Positions 8,755-17,637 of a DNA stretch of 64,000 bases are shown here, piece by piece. The stretch lies in the NCBI GenBank assembly GCA_043803105.1, contig JAZDKJ010000006.1:32001-96000 (forward strand), written 5' to 3'. Position 1 is the stretch's first letter. Each line of letters starts with the position of its first letter. The notes below the pieces were generated by a model, which was not told the origin of the DNA, made no database searches, and saw only the letters and a list, made by a program, of their open reading frames with translations. The stretch comes from Candidatus Woesearchaeota archaeon. GTDB taxonomy: Archaea > Nanobdellota > Nanobdellia > Woesearchaeales > JAZDKJ01. The translations under genes were made by a program, and so were the position numbers.

Positions 8755-9440
8755 GGAGCATTGTTTTTGACGCTAGCCCGGTAATAAGCCTCGCCATGAA
8801 TAACCTTCTCTGGGTTCTGCAGCCGCTCAAGGACTATTTTGGCGGTGATTTTAAGATAACGCCAGTTGTTGTGGACGAGCTTTTTGAGAAGCCGCTTCGC
8901 ACCAAGAAATTTAAGTTCGAGGCTTTGCAGATAAACCGTTTGATAAAGGCAAACACTCTCGCAATCGAAAATCAGGAAAAAATTGTCTCCCTGTCCAAGC
9001 AGCTTCTTCTTATAGCGAACAGCATTTACTCAGCCAAAGGTCATTCTATTCAGATAGTTCATCCCGGAGAGATGGAGTCTCTTGCTGCATGCATTGTCTT
9101 GGGTTCCGAGGCCTTGGTTGTGGATGAGCGCACTACAAGGAAATTGATTGAAGAGCCTTTGGCCTTAAAAAAAATCTTGGAAAAAAAGCTGCATACCTCG
9201 ATAGATATCGACGAACAGAATCTTAACAAGTGGAAATCCGTCGTTTCAGTGAAAGTCTTGCGTTCCTTCGAGCTTCTGGTCATTGCCTATGAGCTTGGTT
9301 TTTTGAACGAGTACAAGCCATCTTCTCCAAATGCTGATCAAGTGCTGCTCGAAGCTGTCCTCTGGGGATTGAAGCTCGAGGGCTGTGCAGTTTCAGAAGA
9401 AGAGATTGACTCTACAATTGTCTCAGAATCTCGTCGCTAA
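8751..9440 (+). CDS. PIN-domain protein (DUF3368-like)
   Basis: Acidic PIN motifs IVFDASPVI, VVDEL, HPGEMESLA and VVDERTTR. Confidence 0.75.
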   Translation: MRSIVFDASPVISLAMNNLLWVLQPLKDYFGGDFKITPVVVDELFEKPLRTKKFKFEALQINRLIKANTLAIENQEKIVSLSKQLLLIANSIYSAKGHSIQIVHPGEMESLAACIVLGSEALVVDERTTRKLIEEPLALKKILEKKLHTSIDIDEQNLNKWKSVVSVKVLRSFELLVIAYELGFLNEYKPSSPNADQVLLEAVLWGLKLEGCAVSEEEIDSTIVSESRR

Positions 9441-9567
9441 AGCAAGCTCCCAGCTACCAATCTTGACGAGAATATCTCATCTTTCAGACGAAAAGTTTAT
9501 AAACAAGTGCAATCATAGTCAAGATTCGGGGGAAATAATCCCAAAAAAAATGAGGAGGTAGACGATA

Positions 9568-9801
9568 ATGGCAAAAAAAGTTGCTAAAGTCGGAGTAAAG
9601 AAACAAAAAGGTTGGCTTTACTTTGTTGACAAAGGAGGAAATATTTCTCGTGCCCTGATGGCAAGAGGCGGCAAGAAGAAGGGCATGGTAAAGAAGAAGG
9701 AACTAGTCGCCAAAGTTGGCGTCAAGAAAGAAAACGGCTATCTATACTTTGTAGATAAACAAGGCGACATCTCCATGGCCAAGATGGCACGCGGAAGATA
9801 A
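9568..9801 (+). CDS. Small basic nucleic-acid-binding protein, Cc1-like, with two internal repeats
   Basis: Two copies of VAKVGVKK..G.LYFVDK.G.IS.A.MARG. Strong SD GAGGAGGT upstream and an oligo-T tract downstream. Confidence 0.7.
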   Translation: MAKKVAKVGVKKQKGWLYFVDKGGNISRALMARGGKKKGMVKKKELVAKVGVKKENGYLYFVDKQGDISMAKMARGR

Positions 9802-9804
9802 GCC

Positions 9805-9821
9805 TTTTTTTCTTTTTTTTT
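9805..9821 (+). terminator. Oligo-T archaeal terminator
   Basis: T7-C-T9 tract immediately after the stop codon at 9801. Confidence 0.6.
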
Positions 9822-9860
9822 CCCATAAACTTAATAAAAGTCTAGGTTTAGTTGTTCTCC

Positions 9861-10322
9861 ATGCAATTGCTTCTGGTCGCATTCAAGTACAAAAAGAAAC
9901 AGAATATTTCTAAGGCAGTGGCAGAAGCGCTGAATTTCCCAAGAGATATACTTTATGACCACCACGATATCGGACCGTTGATAGCCATAATCAAAAGAAC
10001 CAATCCGGAGTTTGTTCTCGGTATGGGACAGTCAAAGAGAGGTAAGTTGATTCGCATCGAAAGAAAAGCAAAGGATATCCTTGTCTCAAAAGGCAAGGTG
10101 ATATCAAAAGGTAAGCAAAAGCTAAGTTCCACCTGGAAGCTGCCAATGGTTAAAGGCACCAGGATTTGTTATCATGGAGGAAGTCACCTCTGTAACTACA
10201 CATTTTTTAGGCTTCTGCAGGAATTCGAGAAAAGACCGAGGATTGCGTTTTTGCACATCCCGAAAACTTTGTCAAAAGAAAAAGCAACAGCAATCGTTAT
10301 GAGGATTCTTGCTGAGGCTTGA
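9861..10322 (+). CDS. Pyroglutamyl-peptidase I (peptidase C15) family protein
   Basis: PEFVLGMGQ, IRIE (Glu), GSHLCNY (Cys) and FLHIP (His). Confidence 0.75.
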   Translation: MQLLLVAFKYKKKQNISKAVAEALNFPRDILYDHHDIGPLIAIIKRTNPEFVLGMGQSKRGKLIRIERKAKDILVSKGKVISKGKQKLSSTWKLPMVKGTRICYHGGSHLCNYTFFRLLQEFEKRPRIAFLHIPKTLSKEKATAIVMRILAEA

Positions 10323-10836
10323 TAAGTGCTTTCCAATTCCTTTTGTAGTTAGCAAGTTTTTTCTCAAAAACACTTCTTGGCGTCTCACTTAACCCAAGCT
10401 CGCCCAGCCCTTCTCTTAGCTGTTTCAATACCATATCCTTATCTTTATGGCTGCAAAGCCTCTCCAGTTCGATTATGTGTCCGTATCCCTGTGTGTGGTC
10501 AAGGCTTACGTCTATTTTTTTCCATTTGTAGTGAAGTCTTTTCCTTAGCCATTTCACTTCTGTTTTAAATCCTAGTTTGTTTAGGATTTGATTCATTTTG
10601 TTAAAGTCCTGTCTTGAGAATCTCACTTCAAGCTCTTCCCTTTGGTTGTCATGGATATTTCCGCTTTTTAGCCATATCTTGCCATAATACCTGTTCCTTT
10701 GTGTGCGCAAATCCTTTCCCTTGAAATAGTATGTCTCTTGGAAATCATCGCTTTTAAGGAATCTGTAGAGCTGTTTCTTTAGCTCTTGGTATTTCCTTTT
10801 GGTTAGCAGGCTTCTGATTTCTACTTCTATAGCCAT
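10297..10836 (-). CDS. CYTH-domain protein (class IV adenylate cyclase / triphosphatase family)
   Basis: N-terminal EVEIR, QETYYF, REELE and GHIIELE. Confidence 0.85.
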   Translation of the reverse strand: MAIEVEIRSLLTKRKYQELKKQLYRFLKSDDFQETYYFKGKDLRTQRNRYYGKIWLKSGNIHDNQREELEVRFSRQDFNKMNQILNKLGFKTEVKWLRKRLHYKWKKIDVSLDHTQGYGHIIELERLCSHKDKDMVLKQLREGLGELGLSETPRSVFEKKLANYKRNWKALIKPQQESS

Positions 10837-10911
10837 AAAGTTCGCAAAGGCCGCTTTGTCTAATAAATCTTTGCAACAAAATTTATATAAGCACTGTGCT
10901 TCTCTGCAGAC

Positions 10912-12447
10912 ATGGTTAAGGGCCTTGTGGTCAGTGGTGAGTTTGGCAAGATTTTGGTTCGTGAGAAGTCAGGTGCTGCCTTTGAGTTGGGCGAGCTCCT
11001 AATTGCCGATACCCCTGATTCTAAGTTCTTGCTGCAGGTCTATGACCTTGCTTACGGGTCCCAAGTCTCTCAATCTAACAGGGAGTTGGTTGCAGGAATG
11101 CACCTTGAAGAGAATTCTTCTTTTGAATTTCTTGATCCAGCCTTAAGAAATTACAATATGGCTTTGTTGAAGAACCTGCTCACCATCGGAAAAAATCATG
11201 TCAGCATCTCAAAGACACTGCCGATTTTTTTCTCTGAGGTGCGCGAGCTCGCTGCACAAGACATAAATTTCCTCACCAAGCCTAAGAATCCTCTTGTTAT
11301 CGGCAAGTTGCGCTCAGGTTCAAAAGTGCTCGATGTAGATGTTTGTCTTCCTGCTGATAAGGTTTTCGCGCACCATGTGCTCATAGCAGGAACTACTGGA
11401 AGAGGCAAAAGTGTTCTTATTAAGAATATTCTGTGGAGTGCGCTGCTCGACACATACTGTGGTATCCTTGTTCTTGATCCTCATGATGAGTATTATGGCA
11501 GGAACTCCATTGGCTTAAAGGATCATCCCAATTCCTCAAGGTTGATTTATTACACTCCAAAAAATGCCCCTGCAGGCGCAAGGACTATGCGTATCAACCT
11601 TGCTCTGTTAAAACCTCACCACTTTGCTGGTGTTGTTTATTGGTCTGATCCCCAGGAGCAGATGCTGACAAGTTTTTATCGGCATTACAGGGATAATTGG
11701 ATTGAGTCCCTGTTGCTCGACAACAAGCTACCTAGCGTGGAATTTGCTGAGGGCACGATAAATGTTGTCAAGCGCCGTTTGATGAACCTTCTTGGCTTGA
11801 GAGTTGTAGATGGGGCCCTCATTTGTGAAGGCATCTTTGACAAGACCTCTGGTTTAACCACCGTTGATGATATCTGCAAGGACCTTGAGGAGAGCAAGGT
11901 TGTAGTCCTTGATTCATCATCCCTTGCTGGTGATGTTGAGGTTTTGGTCGGTAGCCTTGTTGCCTCAGAGGTTTTTCACAGGTATAAGGAATACCGCACC
12001 AAGGGACAGAAGGATAAGCCAGTGATTTCCATAGTTTTGGAAGAAGCTCCTCGGGTCTTGGGTAAAGAGGTTTTGGAAAAAGGCCCTAACATTTTTTCTT
12101 CTATTGCTAGGGAAGGCAGAAAGTTTGGCGTGGGCATAACAGCCGTTACTCAGCTTCCCTCACTCATTCCGAGGGAGATTCTGGCAAATATCAACACAAA
12201 GATTATCCTTGGTATTGAGATGAAGCTTGAGCGGCAGGCAATCATTGAGTCTGCTTCCCAGGATTTGTCAGACGATGACCGAACTATCGCGTCTCTTGAC
12301 ACAGGCGAAGCCTTGGTAAGCAGCAACTTTGTTAAGTTTGCCACCCCCATAAAGATTCCGTTTTTTGAGGATCTGGTAAAGGAAAATCTGTCGTCAGGCC
12401 ATGCCGCAAAGAAAAGCTTTGCTGGCCTGAAAATGAGCTTTCAATAA
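10912..12447 (+). CDS. herA: HerA DNA double-strand-break repair ATPase
   Basis: HAS-barrel-like N-terminus, [24 protein letters not shown] and AREGRKFG. Adjacent to mre11. Confidence 0.85.
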   Translation: MVKGLVVSGEFGKILVREKSGAAFELGELLIADTPDSKFLLQVYDLAYGSQVSQSNRELVAGMHLEENSSFEFLDPALRNYNMALLKNLLTIGKNHVSISKTLPIFFSEVRELAAQDINFLTKPKNPLVIGKLRSGSKVLDVDVCLPADKVFAHHVLIAGTTGRGKSVLIKNILWSALLDTYCGILVLDPHDEYYGRNSIGLKDHPNSSRLIYYTPKNAPAGARTMRINLALLKPHHFAGVVYWSDPQEQMLTSFYRHYRDNWIESLLLDNKLPSVEFAEGTINVVKRRLMNLLGLRVVDGALICEGIFDKTSGLTTVDDICKDLEESKVVVLDSSSLAGDVEVLVGSLVASEVFHRYKEYRTKGQKDKPVISIVLEEAPRVLGKEVLEKGPNIFSSIAREGRKFGVGITAVTQLPSLIPREILANINTKIILGIEMKLERQAIIESASQDLSDDDRTIASLDTGEALVSSNFVKFATPIKIPFFEDLVKENLSSGHAAKKSFAGLKMSFQ

Positions 12448-12480
12448 GTTTTATATAACAGCTTTCTTTCTTGTGAAATA

Positions 12481-13677
12481 ATGAAATTTGCCCATCTTGC
12501 TGATTGTCACCTGGGTGCCTGGAGAGAACCCAAGTTAAGGGACCTTAATTTAAAGGCTTTTTCGAAGGCAATTGACCTTTGCATCAATGAGAAGGTTGAT
12601 TTTGTTGTCATTGCAGGCGACCTTTTCAACAATTCTTATCCAAGTCATGATAGTCTTATGTCGGCAGTAATCAAGCTTCGCGAGCTACGGGAAAAATCCA
12701 TTCCAGTCTATGTCATTGCTGGCAGCCATGATTTTTCTGCCACCGGGAAGACAATGATTGACGTCCTGGAAGAAGCAGGTTTGCTAGTGAATGTTGCTGC
12801 AGTCTCTATGAATGAAGGCAATCCAGTATTCAAGCTGACCTTGGATACTAAAACGGGCGTATTCCTTTGTGGCATTCCCGGACTAAAGGGGATGCTCGAC
12901 AAGAAGTATTACGAGTCCATTAAGCAATACGAGAACAAGCCTGGTTATAAGATTTTCCTGTTTCACACTACGCTTACCGAGCTGAAACCATCTGAACTAA
13001 AGGAAGCTGAGTCTTTGCCGCTATCTCTTCTGCCAAAGGGTTTTAGCTATTATGCAGGTGGTCATGTGCATTACGTCTTTGAAAAGACTGAACCAGGTTA
13101 TGGCACTATTGCCTTTCCAGGTCCAACATTTCCGAACAATATGAAAGAGGTTGAAGACCTTGGTCGAGGCGGTCTCTTTATAGTTGATAATGGAATTGCA
13201 AAATGGCACCCTATCCAGGTGCTCAACACTTTTGTCATCGACGTCGATTGTGATCATAAAAGCCCGCAGCAGGTGGAGTCAGCTATTGTTGAATTGTCTA
13301 AGAACAAAGAATTTAACGAGACCCTTGTTGCCTTGCGGCTTCACGGCACACTTGGTTCAGGTTCGCCGGCAGATATTGACTTTAAAAAGGTTTATGGTTT
13401 TCTATACGATAAATCCGCTTACTTTGTTATGAAGAACACAGCAAAACTGGCCTCCAAGGAATTTGTCCAGATAAACGTGGAGCACAAGTCTGTTGAGGAA
13501 ATGGAAGCTAAGCTTATTCGAGAGCATCTTGATCAAGTCAAGGGCCCTTCCAATGAACTGGAAGCCACAAAAGACCTTATGCATGCCTTGGGAAGGGAAA
13601 AGCCTGAAGGCGAGAAAGTCTCTGATTTTGAGTCAAGGATAGTCAAGGAATCCATGCATGCCTTGGACTTAGGTTAA
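12481..13677 (+). CDS. mre11: Mre11 DNA repair nuclease
   Basis: HLADCHLG, AGDLF, GSHD, FH, GGHVH and FPG motifs. Confidence 0.9.
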   Translation: MKFAHLADCHLGAWREPKLRDLNLKAFSKAIDLCINEKVDFVVIAGDLFNNSYPSHDSLMSAVIKLRELREKSIPVYVIAGSHDFSATGKTMIDVLEEAGLLVNVAAVSMNEGNPVFKLTLDTKTGVFLCGIPGLKGMLDKKYYESIKQYENKPGYKIFLFHTTLTELKPSELKEAESLPLSLLPKGFSYYAGGHVHYVFEKTEPGYGTIAFPGPTFPNNMKEVEDLGRGGLFIVDNGIAKWHPIQVLNTFVIDVDCDHKSPQQVESAIVELSKNKEFNETLVALRLHGTLGSGSPADIDFKKVYGFLYDKSAYFVMKNTAKLASKEFVQINVEHKSVEEMEAKLIREHLDQVKGPSNELEATKDLMHALGREKPEGEKVSDFESRIVKESMHALDLG

Positions 13678-13680
13678 AAA

Positions 13681-14619
13681 ATGAAGAGGTTACTGAAGCC
13701 TTTCAAGAGGCTTGGCAATAAGGAGAACTTTGTTCCAGTAAACGAGCTTGTCAAAGAGTTAAAGTCGAGGAGCATCGAGACTTGGTTCGACAGGTTGACA
13801 TTTTCGAGGATATTTCTTGCCTGGGCTTCAATTGTTGTCCTCTTTGGTTTGGTTTACTACTTTTTTGGCGGAAGCCATTCATTCCTTTATTACACGCAAA
13901 AGGCATCGCCTTCAAATTCTGTTCTGGACTACATATACTTCAGCTTCATTACCGCTACAACAACTGGCTTTGGTGACATAATCCCCTTTGGCTATTTCAA
14001 ACTGGTTGCCATCTTTGAAGTGATTTTTGGGCTCTTGCTCTTGGCTGTTGTCACCTCAAAGCTTGTTTCGATCAAGCAGGACATAATCCTAAATGAGATT
14101 TATGAAATATCTTTCAACGAGAGGATTAACCGCCTTCGCTCTTCTCTTTTGGTCTTCAGGCAGAACATCGGCAGGGTCTCCGAGAAAATCGAGGATAAGT
14201 CGATTCACAAGCGTGAAATCAATGATCTCTACGTTTACCTTTCCTCTCTTGAGGACACGCTAAACGACATGCTTGCCTTGCTTGGCGGTCCCGGCAAGAG
14301 CCGTTTCAAGAAGAGCCTCGACCCTTTGAATTCTGAGGTGCTCTTCAACAGCGTGCTGCAGTCTTTTGAGAAGATTATTGAGTTGATCAATAATGCTAAC
14401 CAGAACAAGCTTGAATGGCGTCGTGAGATAAATGTTGAGATGTTGAATAAGTGCATGTTGGTGAACGAATCGCTCTTTGCGAGGCTGAAGTCTTCACACA
14501 ATGTTGCAGACAAGATTGTTAACGACTTTGTTAACAAGAAGAACAGCCTTACAGAACAGTTAAAGAAGGAGCTGCCTGGCGAGCCACAATCTGAGCAGTC
14601 AAAGGATATCAAGAAATAG
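13681..14619 (+). CDS. Two-TM potassium channel with helical C-terminal domain
   Basis: YFSFITATTTGFGDIIP selectivity filter flanked by TM helices. Confidence 0.88.
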   Translation: MKRLLKPFKRLGNKENFVPVNELVKELKSRSIETWFDRLTFSRIFLAWASIVVLFGLVYYFFGGSHSFLYYTQKASPSNSVLDYIYFSFITATTTGFGDIIPFGYFKLVAIFEVIFGLLLLAVVTSKLVSIKQDIILNEIYEISFNERINRLRSSLLVFRQNIGRVSEKIEDKSIHKREINDLYVYLSSLEDTLNDMLALLGGPGKSRFKKSLDPLNSEVLFNSVLQSFEKIIELINNANQNKLEWRREINVEMLNKCMLVNESLFARLKSSHNVADKIVNDFVNKKNSLTEQLKKELPGEPQSEQSKDIKK

Positions 14620-14818
14620 AGTATTTGTTCAGGCACTTGCCGCAGATTCTGTACACCCGAACCTTGGTATTGTTGTTCACAACCACCCTGATGTATGGTG
14701 CCCTGGCCTTGCAAATATGGCATTTGCTGCTCTTGTTCAATGCGTTGTACAGCTTGTTTATCATGAGAGGTATTTCTTCTGTGTGAAAATCGATTACCTC
14801 CTTTCTTATTTTTACCAT
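14609..14818 (-). CDS. Small zinc-finger protein
   Basis: CHIC and CGKC pairs. Starts 1 nt after the upstream stop codon. Confidence 0.55.
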   Translation of the reverse strand: MVKIRKEVIDFHTEEIPLMINKLYNALNKSSKCHICKARAPYIRVVVNNNTKVRVYRICGKCLNKYSIS

Positions 14819-14819
14819 C

Positions 14820-15482
14820 TTAAAGCCTCTTTGGCGGAATGAACCTGTTGTTTGGGTTCCTCGGGAGTATTGGTTGTTGGTTCAAGTGCCGTTGCGGCAT
14901 TTCCCCAGGGAATATTGCTGGTTGGTTCACAGGCCTTTGTGGCATTTCGTCTTCATCATATGTTTTTGGATTAGGCAATTTTCTGTCGATTAATTCCACA
15001 AAGTAATAGAAGAGAGGAAAGAATACAATTACTGCAATTATTGCGTTCCAATCTAGTAAGGTGGCCCCATAGTAGATTGGTGTCAGCATCAGCGCAAAGT
15101 ATGTTACCACCCTTATCCTGCCGATGTAATGGGTCACCTTCTTCACCCTTATTCCAAGTATGACTATTGAAAGCCCGTAGGCTATCATCAAGCCGGAGAA
15201 TCCCATCTTGGTCCAGAAAAGCGAATTGAGCGAAATGGTCTTGCTTTGCAGCATTGTGTATGTGGTTTTGCTCCAGTCTATCCCGACCCATAATGGCACA
15301 AAGCCGTTTGATATTGCATTGCCTAGTGATGTTCCCTTTTTTTCTTGATAGAATTCTGTGAATATCCAGTTGAGGTATATTGGGATTATCAGCCACAATA
15401 GCTCAAAGTTTCTTGCTGGTGCGGTGAACAGCCCAATCCATTTTTCAAATAGGAGCCACAAGTAATCGAGCGCTGCTATCAT
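14820..15482 (-). CDS. Multi-pass membrane protein of unknown function with Pro/Gln-rich tail
   Basis: About five hydrophobic segments, a conserved-looking E.KGTSLGNAISNG motif and a repeated EMPQR tail. Confidence 0.7.
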   Translation of the reverse strand: MIAALDYLWLLFEKWIGLFTAPARNFELLWLIIPIYLNWIFTEFYQEKKGTSLGNAISNGFVPLWVGIDWSKTTYTMLQSKTISLNSLFWTKMGFSGLMIAYGLSIVILGIRVKKVTHYIGRIRVVTYFALMLTPIYYGATLLDWNAIIAVIVFFPLFYYFVELIDRKLPNPKTYDEDEMPQRPVNQPAIFPGEMPQRHLNQQPILPRNPNNRFIPPKRL

Positions 15483-15520
15483 GCCTTAGTCTCCTGCCTT
15501 GCCTGTTATTAAAGTTTTGC

Positions 15521-16060
15521 CTAACAGCTATTGAATATTATCTGTGAGGATGCCATTTTCTTGTAGAACTTGTATTCAGGCATCCTTCGCGGTGCATCAG
15601 AAAATATCTTGTCTAATCCTGTCCACGTTGTGAACCAGCCTCCGGGCTCGAAAACCACAAGGAGGAATTTGTTTATGAGCCCTTCGAAGTTGGATATTAG
15701 TGCTGCCACGAATATCATGCATATTCCTATTATTGCCCAGGCCCATCCCTGTCTCTTGATGGCTTTTTGTTCTATCTCCTTTTGGATGAAGTGCTTCTGG
15801 AAATGCTCCATCAGCCTGTGCCGTATGTGTTCTTCATCCGTTGCTCGTCTCTTTCTTCCAGGCACCAGGAATCTAAGTTCAAGGTCATACCCCTTGTCTA
15901 TTGATGCTTTCCTGCACTCGTTAAGGAAGTCGTCAGATAGCGCTCGCTCCGAGTACGGCCTTGGGTCAAAGTCAGAGAATATGTCATCGTAGGATTCAAG
16001 GATCATGCTAATGTTTCCTTGCCTTAGCCTGTTTATCTCGTACTTAGCCTCTTTTTTCAG
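15521..16060 (-). CDS. Two-TM membrane protein, probable CTG start at 16060
   Basis: YDDIFSDFDPRPYSERALSDDFL and EPGGWFTTW motifs. The frame stays open upstream of ATG 16006 to CTG 16060, which follows SD GAGGTGA. Confidence 0.65.
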   Translation of the reverse strand: MKKEAKYEINRLRQGNISMILESYDDIFSDFDPRPYSERALSDDFLNECRKASIDKGYDLELRFLVPGRKRRATDEEHIRHRLMEHFQKHFIQKEIEQKAIKRQGWAWAIIGICMIFVAALISNFEGLINKFLLVVFEPGGWFTTWTGLDKIFSDAPRRMPEYKFYKKMASSQIIFNSC

Positions 16061-16066
16061 TTTGCT

Positions 16067-17476
16067 TCACCTCTTTAGTAGTCGCTTCATAGTCTCGTTG
16101 ACCTCTTTTGGCGCTGCCTGGCCCTTTGTTTTTTGCATGACCTTCCCGATAAGGAAATTGAATGACTTGTCGTTGCCTGCCAGATACTCCTGCACCGCTG
16201 TCTGGTTCTCTGCTAGTATCTCTTTGCAGATTCTGTCTATGAAATTTGTGTCGAAGACAGCTTCAAGCCCCTGGCTTTTCACAAACTCCTTTACATCAAA
16301 GGGCTTTTCCATCAGTTTTTCCATTATGCCCTGCGCAGTTGTTTCAGTGATTTTCTTTTGCTCAAGGAGTAAAAGAAGCTCGATTAGGTGTTTCTCATCG
16401 ATTTCCAGTCCCTCCCAGCTTTTCTTGGAATAGTTCATCACCCTTGTGAGTTCTCTTCGTAGCCATTTTGCCGCAAGAATTGGGTCCACTTTTTCCGCCA
16501 CTTTCTCGAACAGCTCTGCCATCTGCTTTTCTGCTGCGATTATTTCTGCATCCTCTTTCTTCAGCTTGTGCTCTTTGACATATCTTTTTACCTTTTCTGC
16601 TGCAAGCTCAGGCATCTTGATTTTTCCTATCCAATCTTCTGTGATTTGTATTATTGTAAGGTCTGGTTCGATTATGTAGCCGTAATCCTCTTCTGTTTCC
16701 TTGCTCCGAAGTGAGAAACTCACGCCTTGTTCTGAGTCCCATGCCCTGGTTTCCTGCCTGATATTCTTCCCTTCAGACACCTCTTGTTTTTGCCTTTCCA
16801 CCTCATACTTTAGCGCCCGCTCAATCTCCTTGAATCCGCTGATGTTCTTTAATTCAGTCCTTACGTAGCCAGTTTCCTTTATTGATACGTTGGCATCTGC
16901 CTTGATTATGCACGTGTTGACATTGAAGATTTCAAGGTAGTTTAGGATTTCAATCAGCACTTTCATGAATTCCCTTGCCTCCTCAGCGCTGTTAAGCTCA
17001 GGTTCGGTCACTACCTCAACCAATGGATCTCCGCTCCTGTTGTAGTCCACCAGCACATAGCTTGATTTTTGCATTCCTGAGGGATGCACGAGTGCTGCTG
17101 GGTCTTCTTCCATGTGTATCCTTGTTATTCCTATCTCCTTTCCTGTCTTAAGGCTTATTGCTCCTTTTGTGGCAAGTGGTATCTCGTATTGTGATATTTG
17201 GTAGTTCTTGCTCATGTCAGGGTAAAAGTATGATTTTCTCGAGAATATGAGTTCCTTGTTGATCTTGCATCCTAACGCCTTTGCAAGCTTTATTGCATGG
17301 TTTATTGCCTCCTTGTTTATCGCAGGTTTTGAACCTGGGTGGCCGAGGCACACCTGGCATGTCCGTGTGTTTGGCTCTTCACTTCCAGTCCTGGGGCATC
17401 CGCAGAACAGCTTTGTTTTTGTTTGTAGCTCAACGTGGCATTCCATCCCGATTACAACATCCTGCGTGAATTTCAT
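16067..17476 (-). CDS. gatB: Asp/Glu-tRNA amidotransferase subunit B
   Basis: IGMECHVEL, FSRKSYFYPD, HMEED, DYNRSG, EVVTEP and a C-terminal Yqey domain. Confidence 0.95.
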   Translation of the reverse strand: MKFTQDVVIGMECHVELQTKTKLFCGCPRTGSEEPNTRTCQVCLGHPGSKPAINKEAINHAIKLAKALGCKINKELIFSRKSYFYPDMSKNYQISQYEIPLATKGAISLKTGKEIGITRIHMEEDPAALVHPSGMQKSSYVLVDYNRSGDPLVEVVTEPELNSAEEAREFMKVLIEILNYLEIFNVNTCIIKADANVSIKETGYVRTELKNISGFKEIERALKYEVERQKQEVSEGKNIRQETRAWDSEQGVSFSLRSKETEEDYGYIIEPDLTIIQITEDWIGKIKMPELAAEKVKRYVKEHKLKKEDAEIIAAEKQMAELFEKVAEKVDPILAAKWLRRELTRVMNYSKKSWEGLEIDEKHLIELLLLLEQKKITETTAQGIMEKLMEKPFDVKEFVKSQGLEAVFDTNFIDRICKEILAENQTAVQEYLAGNDKSFNFLIGKVMQKTKGQAAPKEVNETMKRLLKR

Positions 17477-17637
17477 GTTACCAGTCCGTATAGTGTTTGC
17501 TCGCTTCGGTGGAATATAAGCCCCATTATATACATGGCAGGCAGTATGAATATTGCAGCCTGGAAGAATAGAACTGCTGTACGGTTTATTCTCCTTAGCT
17601 TTGAAAATGCCACTGTTGCGATTCTATTTATTTGCAT
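17473..17637 (-). CDS. Small (54 aa) hydrophobic protein between gatA and gatB
   Basis: Manual translation: MQINRIATVAFSKLRRINRTAVLFFQAAIFILPAMYIMGLIFHRSEQTLYGLVT. Overlaps the gatA stop and is ATGA-coupled to gatB. Confidence 0.45.
   Translation of the reverse strand: MQINRIATVAFSKLRRINRTAVLFFQAAIFILPAMYIMGLIFHRSEQTLYGLVT

Noticed and set aside
16061-16069. Selenocysteine or programmed read-through at the gatB TGA
   Set aside because: GatB is complete at this stop and no supporting structure was seen. An SD-led CTG start explains the open frame more simply.
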